Shown: positions 19,805 through 29,460, counted from the stretch's first letter. The stretch is 64,000 nucleotides of DNA from Candidatus Moraniibacteriota bacterium (GCA_016699875.1 CP064989.1:186297-250296), one strand, 5' to 3'. A program made the numbers and translations. Notes: generated by a model not told the origin, from the letters alone.

Positions 19805-20020
19805 ATGAGTACAAATCTCATTCTTACCATCGCATGTATCCTCCTCTTCACAACCAGCATACTCGGATACCTGTTATACACTGCCAAGAAGGAGAATAAA
19901 CGACTCTTCGAAGCGATGCTAAAGCTCACAAAGATATGTGGACTCAAGGTACTTCCCTGTCCAGACATCGGCACCCTACAAAGAAAGATTGCGAGATTGG
20001 AAGATCTTTCAGATCTTTAA
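19805..20020 (+). CDS. small single-TM protein (71 aa); its N-terminus is paralogous to the N-terminus of the next gene
   Basis: ILLFTTSILGYLLYTAKKENKR aligns with ILSLGSTAILLGYMLYTTKKSTEK of the 20042 gene. aggaaa about 8 nt upstream of the ATG. Confidence 0.4.
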   Translation: MSTNLILTIACILLFTTSILGYLLYTAKKENKRLFEAMLKLTKICGLKVLPCPDIGTLQRKIARLEDLSDL

Positions 20021-20041
20021 AGACAAACTCCCTGAAAATAA

Positions 20042-20845
20042 ATGAGGAGAATCATCATGAATCCGAATCTCAGCACCATAATAATCATTCTCTCGCTCGG
20101 ATCTACAGCTATCCTACTCGGATATATGCTGTATACCACCAAGAAGAGCACGGAAAAAGAAAAGAATAATATTATGCTCCAGTTAGAGGGAATTAAGGAT
20201 CAATTCGAGCAATCAAGAGCGGCTTTGAATACAGCCAACAGCCTCCTCGAACGAGATCCAACTACCCACTATCTGAATAAGCGCGGTTTGACCACACATC
20301 TCATCCAGAGGGTGCTCTTCGGTCAAGAAGTGCCGGCGAGCCCATCGACAATTATTAGTACAACCATCATCTCCATACACCTGCGATATCGCGGTATGTA
20401 TGAGTTAGAAAGCGGGTGCCAAAATCGTATCCTGACAACTCTCCTCTGTATCTTGCAAGAGAATTTCCCCAATGAGATCGCTACCATTGGACATTTCAAC
20501 GACGGCAATGCCGTCAATAAATGCATCGAGAAAATATACATCGTCTGTCGACAAATCAGCAGCGCTTCCGATCGCGCAAGGACCGCCATCGGACAATTCG
20601 AACTAAACCCAACGTGCCCGCCACGAGACACCATAAGTATTGCGGCTGTGATGTCTACTTTCAATACAAAAAGCTATGCAATATGGCGGGTTCTGAAGAA
20701 ATTTCGGGACGAACCACAAACAGCAGAGACGTTTGTATTGGATATATTGGAAAGGCTTGAACATCTGTCAGGGCAAGCTGATGATTGGACCATCCAGCAA
20801 ATAACAGCTGAGCCAAATCAAACTGCCATCACAACCAAAATTTGA
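20042..20845 (+). CDS. membrane-anchored protein with coiled-coil and a degenerate GGDEF-like domain (likely catalytically inactive)
   Basis: DPTTHYLNKRGL matches the DxLTGLxNRR entry motif of GGDEF domains. Later blocks are recognisable (ISIHLRY.., ..NRILTTLL..), but the GG[DE]EF site is replaced by IGHFND. Confidence 0.55.
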   Translation: MRRIIMNPNLSTIIIILSLGSTAILLGYMLYTTKKSTEKEKNNIMLQLEGIKDQFEQSRAALNTANSLLERDPTTHYLNKRGLTTHLIQRVLFGQEVPASPSTIISTTIISIHLRYRGMYELESGCQNRILTTLLCILQENFPNEIATIGHFNDGNAVNKCIEKIYIVCRQISSASDRARTAIGQFELNPTCPPRDTISIAAVMSTFNTKSYAIWRVLKKFRDEPQTAETFVLDILERLEHLSGQADDWTIQQITAEPNQTAITTKI

Positions 20846-20868
20846 GAGGTTTGAATCAACAACAAGCA

Positions 20869-20910
20869 ACAGGACGACCCTTCGCACAGTGCCGTCCTGT
20901 TTTCTTTCTC
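20869..20910 (+). terminator. rho-independent terminator after the 20042..20845 gene: stem acaggacg/cgtcctgt, T-run tttctttctc. May also serve convergent pepA.
   Basis: Hairpin and U-tract read from sequence. Confidence 0.55.
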
Positions 20911-20967
20911 CATTCCCTATTTCCCCCACCCTCTATTCTATTTTCCAGATTCAATCCATCAAGACTC

Positions 20968-22350
20968 CTACATCTCCTCCGCTATTTTCAATAAGAGTCG
21001 AACCGGTGCGCCGGCAGCGCCCTTTGCCAGAAATTCCCCTTCAACCGCCGTCATCCGAGGAGCGATATCGATATGCGCCCACCGATATCCTTCGGCAAAT
21101 TGTGCCAAGAATGCCGCTGCCGTAATAGCGCCGCCCCATTTTGTTCTCCCTAAGTTCGCCACATCGCCAAACGTTCCCTTGATTTCTTCATCGTATTCTT
21201 CCCAAAGCGGAAGTGGCCACACATAGTCGCCAGATGTTTCGCCCAGCTCGCGCAACTTCGTTTCGAGTTCCCCGTCACGGGTAAACACTGCCGACGCGCG
21301 CTCACCCAAGGCAACAAGCGCCGCCCCAGTCAATGTCGCCACATCCACCACGAGTGAAGGCTTATACCGTTTCGCATAGTGAAGTGCATCCGCAAGGATA
21401 ATGCGCCCCTCAGCATCCGTATTCAACACCTCGATTGTCTTCCCACTCATAGAGCGGAGCACATCGCCCGGTCGATAGCTCGAACCAGACGGCATATTCT
21501 CCACCGCCGGCACAAGCGCTACGATATTTTTCTGTATGCCAAGCCGAGCTGCGAGAGCGGTTGCATGTATCACCGCTGCACCACCCGACATATCCATGTT
21601 CATCCCAAGAATCGCATCCGATGGCTTCAAGTTAATCCCACCCGTATCAAAGGTGACTCCCTTCCCCACAAACACGATCGGCGCTTCGTTTTTCTTCCCG
21701 CCTCGATACTCAAGAATAATAAACCGGGACGGAATTTCCGATCCCTTGCCAACACCTAAGACACCGCCCATTTTGAGCTTCTCCATCTCCGGAACGCCAA
21801 GCGCCTTCACTGACATATTTTTCTTGCCCTTTGCAACGCGACGCGCCTCAGCTACCAGCGTTTCTGGCGTCACATCGCCACCCGGCAGATTCGCAAGCCG
21901 CCGGCATGCATTCGTTTCTTCACCAATCATACGACCACGCTCAATTCCCTCTCGAAACGACTTCGACGCGCCAAGTATCTCAACAGTCTCAACAAATGGA
22001 AATCCTTCCTTCGGCTCCGTCAGAAATTCCGTAAACTGAAAATTTGCCATCTCAAAATGTATGGCGAGAAGTTCGCCCAATTCTTTCTCCTTCAGGTCGA
22101 GATGAGAAAACAAGAAATCGTGCGCATTCAATGCAATACGTTTCGCGCGTTTCGATTTTGCAAGTACAACTGCTTTTCGAAAGAGCAAGATAAGTTTTCT
22201 TCGCGTCATTTTCTCGGGTTCGAAAACACCGATCGAGATTTCCAAATCGCCAGACGCAGCTCTCACTACTTCATCTTCCTTTGCCGACGCAATGCGAATA
22301 TTCGCGACACCTGTCGAAGCAACTTTCGGAAAAATATATTTCATAGCCAT
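20968..22350 (-). CDS. pepA: leucyl aminopeptidase (M17 family)
   Basis: NTDAEGRIILADALHYA contains the M17 signature NTDAEGRL. VGKGVTFDTGG. Confidence 0.9.
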   Translation of the reverse strand: MAMKYIFPKVASTGVANIRIASAKEDEVVRAASGDLEISIGVFEPEKMTRRKLILLFRKAVVLAKSKRAKRIALNAHDFLFSHLDLKEKELGELLAIHFEMANFQFTEFLTEPKEGFPFVETVEILGASKSFREGIERGRMIGEETNACRRLANLPGGDVTPETLVAEARRVAKGKKNMSVKALGVPEMEKLKMGGVLGVGKGSEIPSRFIILEYRGGKKNEAPIVFVGKGVTFDTGGINLKPSDAILGMNMDMSGGAAVIHATALAARLGIQKNIVALVPAVENMPSGSSYRPGDVLRSMSGKTIEVLNTDAEGRIILADALHYAKRYKPSLVVDVATLTGAALVALGERASAVFTRDGELETKLRELGETSGDYVWPLPLWEEYDEEIKGTFGDVANLGRTKWGGAITAAAFLAQFAEGYRWAHIDIAPRMTAVEGEFLAKGAAGAPVRLLLKIAEEM

Positions 22351-22387
22351 ATCATTATTACGGATCCATCAGATATTAAAACCTCTT

Positions 22388-22521
22388 TCCCGTCATTCCC
22401 GCGAAGGCGGGAATCTAGGTGCTACCAATCAAATAGAACCACTTTTCGAACAAAGAAAGCTGTAGCGTGTTTTTCTTGAACAAACGGAACATGGATTCCC
22501 GCCTTCGCGAGAATGACGCTG
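22388..22521. repeat. MITE-like element. Two inverted copies of a 25-nt unit (cgtcattcccgcgaaggcgggaatc and its reverse complement) flank ~75 bp. Each unit is itself a hairpin (attcccgc-gaag-gcgggaat).
   Basis: Inverted repeats read directly. Non-coding gap between pepA start and the 22649 ORF. Confidence 0.45.
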
Positions 22522-22648
22522 TGCTTTATTTCATAAAAGACAACAAAAGCAATCCCTCTCCCTATACCACGTTTTCAAAAAAATTTCCATTTTTAAAAGC
22601 CTTAGGGATCACCCAAGGCTTTCTTGCATTCTTAAGATCGATCAGATC

Positions 22649-22960
22649 TTATTGATGACCAACAGCCCGCAGAAGCTGCAAAAATAACTGCGCTTCATGC
22701 CTGTGTTGGTAATCCTTAATCCTATACACCATCTCTCGAAGAAATTGAATCCAATTCCGGTCAACGTGATAACGGGATAGGAGCGAAAGAACTCTCGAAA
22801 CATGCACAAACTGTTCGTGCCATCCGGCTCCATCATGAATAGCGATGAAAAAGAATGGAACCTCTTCACGAACAGGAGCAACACACACACTTCCCATGGA
22901 TAAACTAAGTTGCAAATCCCCAGGATGAAGCTGTAGTTGTCCTTCTTTCCTTTTGCTCAT
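22649..22960 (-). CDS. hypothetical 103-aa protein
   Basis: ORF with aagagg about 10 nt upstream of the ATG. Candidate promoter (TTGACA-N17-GAGAAT) inside the rarA 3' end. No recognisable motif. Confidence 0.35.
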   Translation of the reverse strand: MSKRKEGQLQLHPGDLQLSLSMGSVCVAPVREEVPFFFIAIHDGAGWHEQFVHVSRVLSLLSRYHVDRNWIQFLREMVYRIKDYQHRHEAQLFLQLLRAVGHQ

Positions 22961-23053
22961 TGTTATGAGCCTCTTATTTGTCTCGATTCGTTAATTTTTT
23001 GTCCCTTTCCGTGTTCTCCTCGTGCGCTATTCTCCCGCGAATCACTGAATTTG

Positions 23054-24244
23054 TCAAGATTCGTCGCCAAACGAAACATACTTCCTGCCGCTGAGTTTCT
23101 CCGGGAAATATTCCTGCTTCGCCTCTTCCGCATCCTCAAAGTCCGGCGTGTACTTGTATTCCTTTCCGTAGCCCAGCCCTTTCATGAGCTTCGTCGGCGC
23201 ATTCCGAAGATGAAGCGGCACTGGCTCAGATGGAAAATCACGAGCGTCTTTCATCGCTGATTCATATGCTACGTAGAGTGCATTGCTTTTCTTCGATCGC
23301 GCGAGATACACAACCGCCTGCGCAAGATGCACGCCGCACTCCGGCATCCCGAGAAACCGACACGCATCATATGCAGCAATCACCTGTGGCAACGCGAACG
23401 AATTCGCGAGCCCCACATCTTCCGACGCAAAACGCAGAAGACGCCGCGCGATATAAAGCGGATCCTCTCCGCCTTCGAGCATGCGAGCAAGCCAGTAGAG
23501 TGCCGCATTCGCATCGCTGCCACGCAGAGATTTATGAAGCGCAGAAATAATATTGTAGTGTTCTTCCCCGCCCTTGTCGTAGGAGAAACGCGGTCGCGTC
23601 AGCGCCTTTCGCACATGCTCCTTCGTAATCGTTCCGCCAAGAGTTGCCGCCACTTCGAGCGCATTCAGTGCCACACGCGCATCACCCGAAGAGCGTTCCG
23701 CAAGAAAACGGATCGCATCATCGTTAGCCTGAACATTCCGTTTCCCAAGTCCTCGTTCGGTATCGAGAAGCGCGTGACGGAGCGCACTCGCAAGAGATTC
23801 GGGTGAAAGCGAACGAAAGACAATCACCTGTGTCCGCGAAAGAAGCGCGGGATTCACTTCGAAACTCGGATTCTCTGTCGTTGCCCCAATAAGCGTGATC
23901 GTACCGCGCTCCACATGCGGCAACAGCGCGTCCTGCTGAGATTTGTTCCACCGGTGAATTTCATCAATAAAAAGAATAGTGCTCCCGCCATTTTGTCTGT
24001 TCCCCTCCGCACGTTCAATTATGGCGCGCAATTCCTTGACACCACTTCCAACCGCCGACAGCTTCAGAAACTCGCCAGAAACTTCATGTGCCAAAAGAAG
24101 AGCGAGCGTCGTCTTCCCGCTTCCGGGCGGTCCCCAAAGAATGAGCGATGGCAACCGTTTCGATCGAATCGACTCCCGAAGAAGCGTCCCCTCTCCAAGA
24201 ATTTCCTCCTGCCCAAGAAATTCCTCAAACGACCTCGGCCGCAT
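23054..24244 (-). CDS. rarA: replication-associated recombination protein A (RarA/MgsA, AAA+ ATPase)
   Basis: [15 protein letters not shown] Walker [23 protein letters not shown] Walker B/sensor, and a C-terminal MgsA helical domain. Confidence 0.9.
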   Translation of the reverse strand: MRPRSFEEFLGQEEILGEGTLLRESIRSKRLPSLILWGPPGSGKTTLALLLAHEVSGEFLKLSAVGSGVKELRAIIERAEGNRQNGGSTILFIDEIHRWNKSQQDALLPHVERGTITLIGATTENPSFEVNPALLSRTQVIVFRSLSPESLASALRHALLDTERGLGKRNVQANDDAIRFLAERSSGDARVALNALEVAATLGGTITKEHVRKALTRPRFSYDKGGEEHYNIISALHKSLRGSDANAALYWLARMLEGGEDPLYIARRLLRFASEDVGLANSFALPQVIAAYDACRFLGMPECGVHLAQAVVYLARSKKSNALYVAYESAMKDARDFPSEPVPLHLRNAPTKLMKGLGYGKEYKYTPDFEDAEEAKQEYFPEKLSGRKYVSFGDES

Positions 24245-24420
24245 CCGATCCGCCAGAGGCGCGCAAGAAAAATCTTTCTCCCTCTCGATTTTTTGGTTTG
24301 GTTGTTTCAGAAAAGCGCAATGGGTATTGAGTATTTTTCGAAATTCGAAAGGAGAACCTAATATAGGGTAGCAAATTCGAGAATACTTGCAAAACTTTGG
24401 TGAAAAAATGGAAAGAAATT

Positions 24421-24456
24421 AAAAATGAAAAACCCCACTGGTTTTTACCAACGGGG
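24421..24456 (-). terminator. rho-independent terminator (minus strand): ccccgttggt-aaaa-accagtgggg then tttttcattttt. Downstream of the 24555..25088 gene.
   Basis: 10-bp stem with two wobble/mismatch positions plus a U-run, read from sequence. Confidence 0.6.
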
Positions 24457-24554
24457 CTAGTGTTTGCGTGAAGTAGTTTTACCAAACTATTTCACAGACC
24501 TCGACCAATTCTCCCTCTTATGCCATCACGAATATCCTGATTGAACGGAGTTTT

Positions 24555-25088
24555 CTATTCCTCCTTCTCGACTTTTCGTAACTCGACCAGCTGGTCGTAC
24601 TTTTTTCGAGCAACTTGCTCGTCGAACCCAGCTTCATCCAACAGAGCTTTGTAAATAGCATCCCCGGCGTCGCCGATTGGCTCCCACGCGCAGATGAGAC
24701 TTACGACATGCCTCTCCCCGTCCAGTAACTGGAGTACGAGGGACAGATTACCCAAATCTTGGGTTTTTTCTCTACTTAGTATACCCACGTCTTCTTGAGC
24801 AAGCCGCTTCATCTCCTCGTAAATTCTCGAGGGATCAAGCCTTAGCCCGTCAGGATAGGACAGCTGTGGCATAGTTTTCCATGCCACTTCTTGAAGCTCG
24901 GAAATTCGTGCCTTGAACTGTTTCAGCTGTCGCACAGTTATATCATCGGACTCAATCGCCTCTTTCAAGGTGTCAATTTCCTTTTTGATAGTGCCGGCTT
25001 CGGCGATCTTCTCCAATACAGTTTGGGGAAGATTTGGCTTGTAGTTAGCCAAGAACTCGGCGAACAACTCTTGCGATTTCAGGGACAT
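24555..25088 (-). CDS. hypothetical 177-aa acidic, helical protein. Monocistronic, with its own promoter and terminator.
   Basis: aggagag SD 4 nt before the ATG. Promoter at 25170-25198. Terminator at 24421-24456. Confidence 0.55.
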   Translation of the reverse strand: MSLKSQELFAEFLANYKPNLPQTVLEKIAEAGTIKKEIDTLKEAIESDDITVRQLKQFKARISELQEVAWKTMPQLSYPDGLRLDPSRIYEEMKRLAQEDVGILSREKTQDLGNLSLVLQLLDGERHVVSLICAWEPIGDAGDAIYKALLDEAGFDEQVARKKYDQLVELRKVEKEE

Positions 25089-25169
25089 GTTTCTCTCCTG
25101 CTAGAAAGGCTTGGAATGGGGAAGTTATTGCGAAAAACACTTCCTTGTTAAACAACTAACCGACACTCC

Positions 25170-25198
25170 ATTAAAGCATAAAATTAACACAGTGTCAA
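25170..25198 (-). promoter_or_regulatory. sigma70-like promoter (TTGACA-N17-TTTAAT on minus strand) for the 24555..25088 gene
   Basis: Hexamers read from sequence: tgtcaa at 25193-25198, attaaa at 25170-25175. Confidence 0.45.
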
Positions 25199-25270
25199 CC
25201 ATAAAACCATTGTGCCGTAAAATCCCCTCTCCTCAAGCCAAAATTTATTCTCTCATGGTCACGCTACCAA

Positions 25271-25858
25271 TTAAGACCCGTGATCGTGAGCTGGAGCACG
25301 GTCGCGAAGAAGACTCAGAGAGTGATCGGCTTCAAGTCGTACAATGGTCGAGGGTGATCCACAGAGTCTCCCGACATTCACAAAGAAATCTGCGCGACCG
25401 CCAAAGTACAATTCCGCTTCTTCAATCGTTTCCGCCGGTTTCATACCTTCCGGATTTGCCGACGGAGCAATAATCGGTCCAGAAACACGAAGTACATCAC
25501 GAAGCTCGGGCACATCCGGCACACGAAACGCGATCAAATTCGTCCCTCGATGGAGATATGAGAACGATTCAGAAAATCCGGGGAGAATCACACTCACCGC
25601 GCCCGGCCACACCCTATCGAGAATCCGCCGTTCTTCAGAAGAGACAACCCGATCAAAACACGCGATGTCATCTACACTCGAGAGAAGCACGATGCACGGT
25701 TTCCGCTCATCCCGCCAGCGCGCTTTGTAAAGCCGCTCTACTGATTCAGGAAGAAGCGCCGACGCCACAAATCCATAGATCGTATCTGTCGGAAGAATAC
25801 CGATTGCCCCTCCAACGAGGAGCATTCCCGCCTCCGGAAGCGATACGCGCGCACTCAT
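25271..25858 (-). CDS. tsaC: L-threonylcarbamoyladenylate synthase, YrdC/TsaC family (start uncertain; ORF extends to 25885)
   Basis: ILPTDTIYGFVASAL matches the YrdC PTDTVYGL motif. About 200 aa, the typical single-domain size. Confidence 0.75.
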   Translation of the reverse strand: MSARVSLPEAGMLLVGGAIGILPTDTIYGFVASALLPESVERLYKARWRDERKPCIVLLSSVDDIACFDRVVSSEERRILDRVWPGAVSVILPGFSESFSYLHRGTNLIAFRVPDVPELRDVLRVSGPIIAPSANPEGMKPAETIEEAELYFGGRADFFVNVGRLCGSPSTIVRLEADHSLSLLRDRAPAHDHGS

Positions 25859-26637
25859 ATGGAAAGTGTGAGCGTAACCGGACAATGATCCGATCCGGGA
25901 ACTTCCGAGAGGATAGAAGCACTCAGAACGCGCTTCCGCAATTCCTTCGAAACAAAGAAGTAGTCAAGACGCCAGCCAACATTCCGGTCCCGCGCCCGCG
26001 TCTTCATATCCCACCATGTATAGTGTCCATTTCCTTCATGAAAAAGTCGGAACGTATCAAGAAAGTCCGCCTCGAGAACACGATCAATCCAATCGCGCTC
26101 AATAGGCAAGAATCCGGAGACGCCAGCATTTTCCTTCGGTCGCGCAAGATCGTCCTCTGTGTGCGCTGTATTCACATCGCCGCAGAAGATTACCCGCTTT
26201 CCCTTCTCGCGCAATTTCACAATATACGCGAGAAATTCCCGGTAGAATTCCAATTTATATCGAAGTCGTTCTTCACCCGATCCACCATTCGGAAAATAGA
26301 TATTGAGAAGTGTAAACGATGGATACTCAACTTCAATGACTCGCCCTTCTTTCGAGAGCGAATTCTTTCCGAAATCCATCTTCACATCAATCGGCAATTC
26401 CTTCGTATACACCGCGACACCACTATACCCCTTCTTCTCACTCGCCGAGTGCCAATACGACTCATACCCGTCCGGGTTCTTGAGCCGTTCCGAAAGCTGG
26501 TCCGGATGAGAAACTTTGGTCTCTTGTACGGCGACAATATCGTATTCACTTCTCTCTATCCATTCAACAAACCCCTTCCGCTCCGCCGCACGAATCCCAT
26601 TTACATTCCACGATAAGAGAGAGATCGTTTTTTTCAT
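25855..26637 (-). CDS. xth: exodeoxyribonuclease III / AP endonuclease (start MKKTISLLSWNVNG)
   Basis: LLSWNVNGIRA, IVAVQETK and GSDHCPV are ExoIII-family motifs. Confidence 0.9.
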   Translation of the reverse strand: MKKTISLLSWNVNGIRAAERKGFVEWIERSEYDIVAVQETKVSHPDQLSERLKNPDGYESYWHSASEKKGYSGVAVYTKELPIDVKMDFGKNSLSKEGRVIEVEYPSFTLLNIYFPNGGSGEERLRYKLEFYREFLAYIVKLREKGKRVIFCGDVNTAHTEDDLARPKENAGVSGFLPIERDWIDRVLEADFLDTFRLFHEGNGHYTWWDMKTRARDRNVGWRLDYFFVSKELRKRVLSASILSEVPGSDHCPVTLTLSI

Positions 26638-26821
26638 AGAAAGTTTCTGGAAAATGAAATGAAAGGAGAAATAGTAGAAGCGAAAAATCTTTCGCCCGAT
26701 TTTGTTTGTCATTCCGACCGAATTCGCCAGCTGGCGGAGAAACGAAGGAATCTCTGACTTTCCCTTACCGATAAAACAGTGCTGGACCCATACGCTTCAA
26801 CACTTTCTTCATCCTATCATC

Positions 26822-26871
26822 CAAAAGAAAAAAGAAAAGTCGCCCGATCACATCATTATGACTTAGGCGAC
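26822..26871 (-). terminator. possible rho-independent terminator (minus strand): stem gtcgcc/ggcgac, 21-nt loop, long U-rich tract. Downstream of the 26897..27082 ORF.
   Basis: Read from sequence. Loop is long, so confidence is modest. Confidence 0.35.
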
Positions 26872-26896
26872 TAGAAAGAAACTTTGACCAGCATCA

Positions 26897-27082
26897 TTAT
26901 AAGAAGATCCATTTCACCAATACTGGGATTAAGAACAACACGAGAAAGAGAAACAACAGGGGAACCCAGTGGGGTCCAGTGTTGTTCTCATGAATCCATT
27001 GTCTATCAGGAAACATGGATTCATCATCCCTCATACCACCTTCTACACTGGAAGAAAAATCTACCGCTTGTATTGGTGCCAT
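26897..27082 (-). CDS. small (61 aa) protein with C-terminal TM helix
   Basis: ggaggg SD 8 nt before the ATG. Hydrophobic C-terminus: VPLLFLFLVLFLIPVLV. Confidence 0.35.
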   Translation of the reverse strand: MAPIQAVDFSSSVEGGMRDDESMFPDRQWIHENNTGPHWVPLLFLFLVLFLIPVLVKWIFL

Positions 27083-27176
27083 CTCAAATACCCTCCAAAG
27101 AAAGTCTTTAGAAAAACCGGAAAATGCTCCGGGAACTACTGTCTGTTTACCAAATTATAGACATTTTGTCAATGTT

Positions 27177-28325
27177 TCACGTATGTTTTCTTACATTGAC
27201 AAGCCTATCAAGCTCATCTCGGCGGCGTTTCTTCTCTTTGTACGGAACATCGTCCGGAAACTTTGACGCAGCCGTTCCCGGGCGCGGCGAATACCAAGCA
27301 ATATACCCCTTCTCAAAATTCACTCTCCGTGCCAAATCGAGCGTTTGTTCAAAATCATCGAGCGTTTCCCCGGGAAAGCCCACGATAATATCCGTCGTGA
27401 AGCGCACTCCCGGAATACGCTCGCGAATCTTCTCAATGAGTGCAAAATATTCATCGCGCGAATACCAGCGATTCATTCGCTTCAAAACCGCATCACTCCC
27501 CGCCTGCACCGGAAGATGAAGAAGTCGATCAATATTTTCATGTTTGGCGATTGTCTCGATAAGCTCATCCGAAAAGTCCCATGGATTCGACGACATGAAT
27601 GAGAGTTTCCGCACACCGGGAATCAAAGCGACGGCATCGAGAAGTTCGGGAAACAAGGTTGGGATACGATGCCTCCCCAAATGTTTCACCATAACCGGTT
27701 TCACTTTGCGACCATCCGGCAATCGAAATGCATCGGCGCGACCACCAAGAACATCCACAAAGAAATCCGCTCCATACGAATTCACATTTTGCCCCAAGAG
27801 AAAGATCTCGTCCCGCCCGGAAAGAACCGCCTCTTCCGCCTCGCGGACAATATCTGCAAACGGTCGCGATCGTTCCTTGCCGCGCGAGAATGGCACAATG
27901 CAATACGTGCAGAAGTTATTGCATCCGTTCGAAATGGGGATGGAAGCAAGTTTCCCAGAGGCACGCTTCGGCGTATATTCGAATCCAACTTCCTCAAGCG
28001 GCAAGAATTGCACATCGGGGAGCCGTTCGCGAAGCGCCTTCATCATTTTCCCAGACGGCTCCCGACTCGCCGCACCGATAAGACACCCGGTAATGACAAA
28101 AGAAATCCCCGGATTTTTCTCCCGAAGCGGCGCCAAATTCCGAATAAGTCCGAATACCTTCTCAGCCGCTCGTTCCCGAACAACGCAGGTATTGATCACG
28201 ATAGTGTCCGCATCCTCTTCTTGCAGAGCCGCCTCAAATCCGCGCGACTCATAAAATGCCGCGATCCGCTCACTGTCAGCCACATTCTGCTGACACCCAA
28301 ATGTTTTGAGAAAGTATCTGGGCAT
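27177..28325 (-). CDS. miaB: radical-SAM methylthiotransferase, MiaB/RimO family (382 aa, shorter than typical MiaB)
   Basis: N-terminal MTTase domain (YFLKTFGCQQNVADSE, INTCVV) and radical-SAM CNNFCTYC motif. Confidence 0.8.
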   Translation of the reverse strand: MPRYFLKTFGCQQNVADSERIAAFYESRGFEAALQEEDADTIVINTCVVRERAAEKVFGLIRNLAPLREKNPGISFVITGCLIGAASREPSGKMMKALRERLPDVQFLPLEEVGFEYTPKRASGKLASIPISNGCNNFCTYCIVPFSRGKERSRPFADIVREAEEAVLSGRDEIFLLGQNVNSYGADFFVDVLGGRADAFRLPDGRKVKPVMVKHLGRHRIPTLFPELLDAVALIPGVRKLSFMSSNPWDFSDELIETIAKHENIDRLLHLPVQAGSDAVLKRMNRWYSRDEYFALIEKIRERIPGVRFTTDIIVGFPGETLDDFEQTLDLARRVNFEKGYIAWYSPRPGTAASKFPDDVPYKEKKRRRDELDRLVNVRKHT

Positions 28326-28328
28326 AGA

Positions 28329-29417
28329 TTATGCATTCTTTTTCTCTACTACCAACTGTCCGCACGCAGCGGCAATATCGTCTCCCATAGCCTTCCGCAC
28401 CGTCGCCACAATACCGGATTGTTTTAACTCAGCAAGAAACGGTGTGACTCGATCACTCTCGCGATGCTCGCTCAGCGTCTGATTGTATGGGATAAGATTG
28501 ATCTTCACCTTCCCAACCCGCCGAGAAAAATCAACCAGCTTCCTGACATCTTCTGCGCCGTCATTCACACCTTGCAGGAGAATATACTCGAATGTGAGAT
28601 GTCGCCGTCGCTCATTGTATCGAGAGAAATATTCTTTGGTCCATAGCGCCAAATCATCAAGGAACGAGTTGAACGACGATGGCATAATGCGCTTCCTCGT
28701 CAACGGATCGGCGCTGTGAAGTGACACGGCGAGTCGAACCGGCGGCCAGAGAGAATCAGTAAGAAGTTTTCGCAATACCGGTAAAAGCCCGACGGTCGAC
28801 ACGGTAATCCGCGTTGCTCCGAGAGAAGTATGTGCCAGCAATGTCCGAATCGCCTCACGCACCGAATCATAGTTCGCAAGAGGCTCACCCATTCCCATAA
28901 ACACCACGTTCGAGAGAAGCGTCGATTCCGAAGATTCCTCTTGACCAAGAAGGTACTGCCAAAAACGAAACTGGTCCACGATTTCATCAGCCGTGAGATT
29001 CCGCACAAAACCCATGCTCCCCGTCGCGCAAAACGTACAACCCATCGCGCATCCGACCTGCGACGACACGCACACGCTCCAATGCCCGCGCGCATTCCGC
29101 ATAAGGACCGTCTCAACGCGCGCCCCGTCCGCACACTCAAGCACCGCTTTCTTCGTATCTCGCCGCCGACTTTCCAAAACCGTTACCGATCGGACCGACA
29201 TCCATTGGATACTCAAGGCGATTTTCTCTCGCATGTCTTTCGAAATCGTTGACACTTCCTGCCATCCGGCTATTTTCTGATCAAACAAAGCACGCAAAAC
29301 CTGCTCCCAACGAAACCTCGGCTCTGAAGGAAATATCGCTCGAAAAAGCGCCTCTCGAGTTGTCATATTGACCGTTTCCATAGACTCCCATACTACCCCA
29401 TCCCTCCAATTCGTCAA
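28329..29417 (-). CDS. rlmN: 23S rRNA/tRNA (adenine-C2)-methyltransferase RlmN (radical SAM)
   Basis: VCVSSQVGCAMGCTFCATG (CxxxCxxC), GMGEPLANYD, and a C-terminal Cys region. Confidence 0.85.
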   Translation of the reverse strand: MTNWRDGVVWESMETVNMTTREALFRAIFPSEPRFRWEQVLRALFDQKIAGWQEVSTISKDMREKIALSIQWMSVRSVTVLESRRRDTKKAVLECADGARVETVLMRNARGHWSVCVSSQVGCAMGCTFCATGSMGFVRNLTADEIVDQFRFWQYLLGQEESSESTLLSNVVFMGMGEPLANYDSVREAIRTLLAHTSLGATRITVSTVGLLPVLRKLLTDSLWPPVRLAVSLHSADPLTRKRIMPSSFNSFLDDLALWTKEYFSRYNERRRHLTFEYILLQGVNDGAEDVRKLVDFSRRVGKVKINLIPYNQTLSEHRESDRVTPFLAELKQSGIVATVRKAMGDDIAAACGQLVVEKKNA

Positions 29418-29460
29418 AATAACACCCCGAGAAAGAAGCCACTAAATTTGACAAATATTA

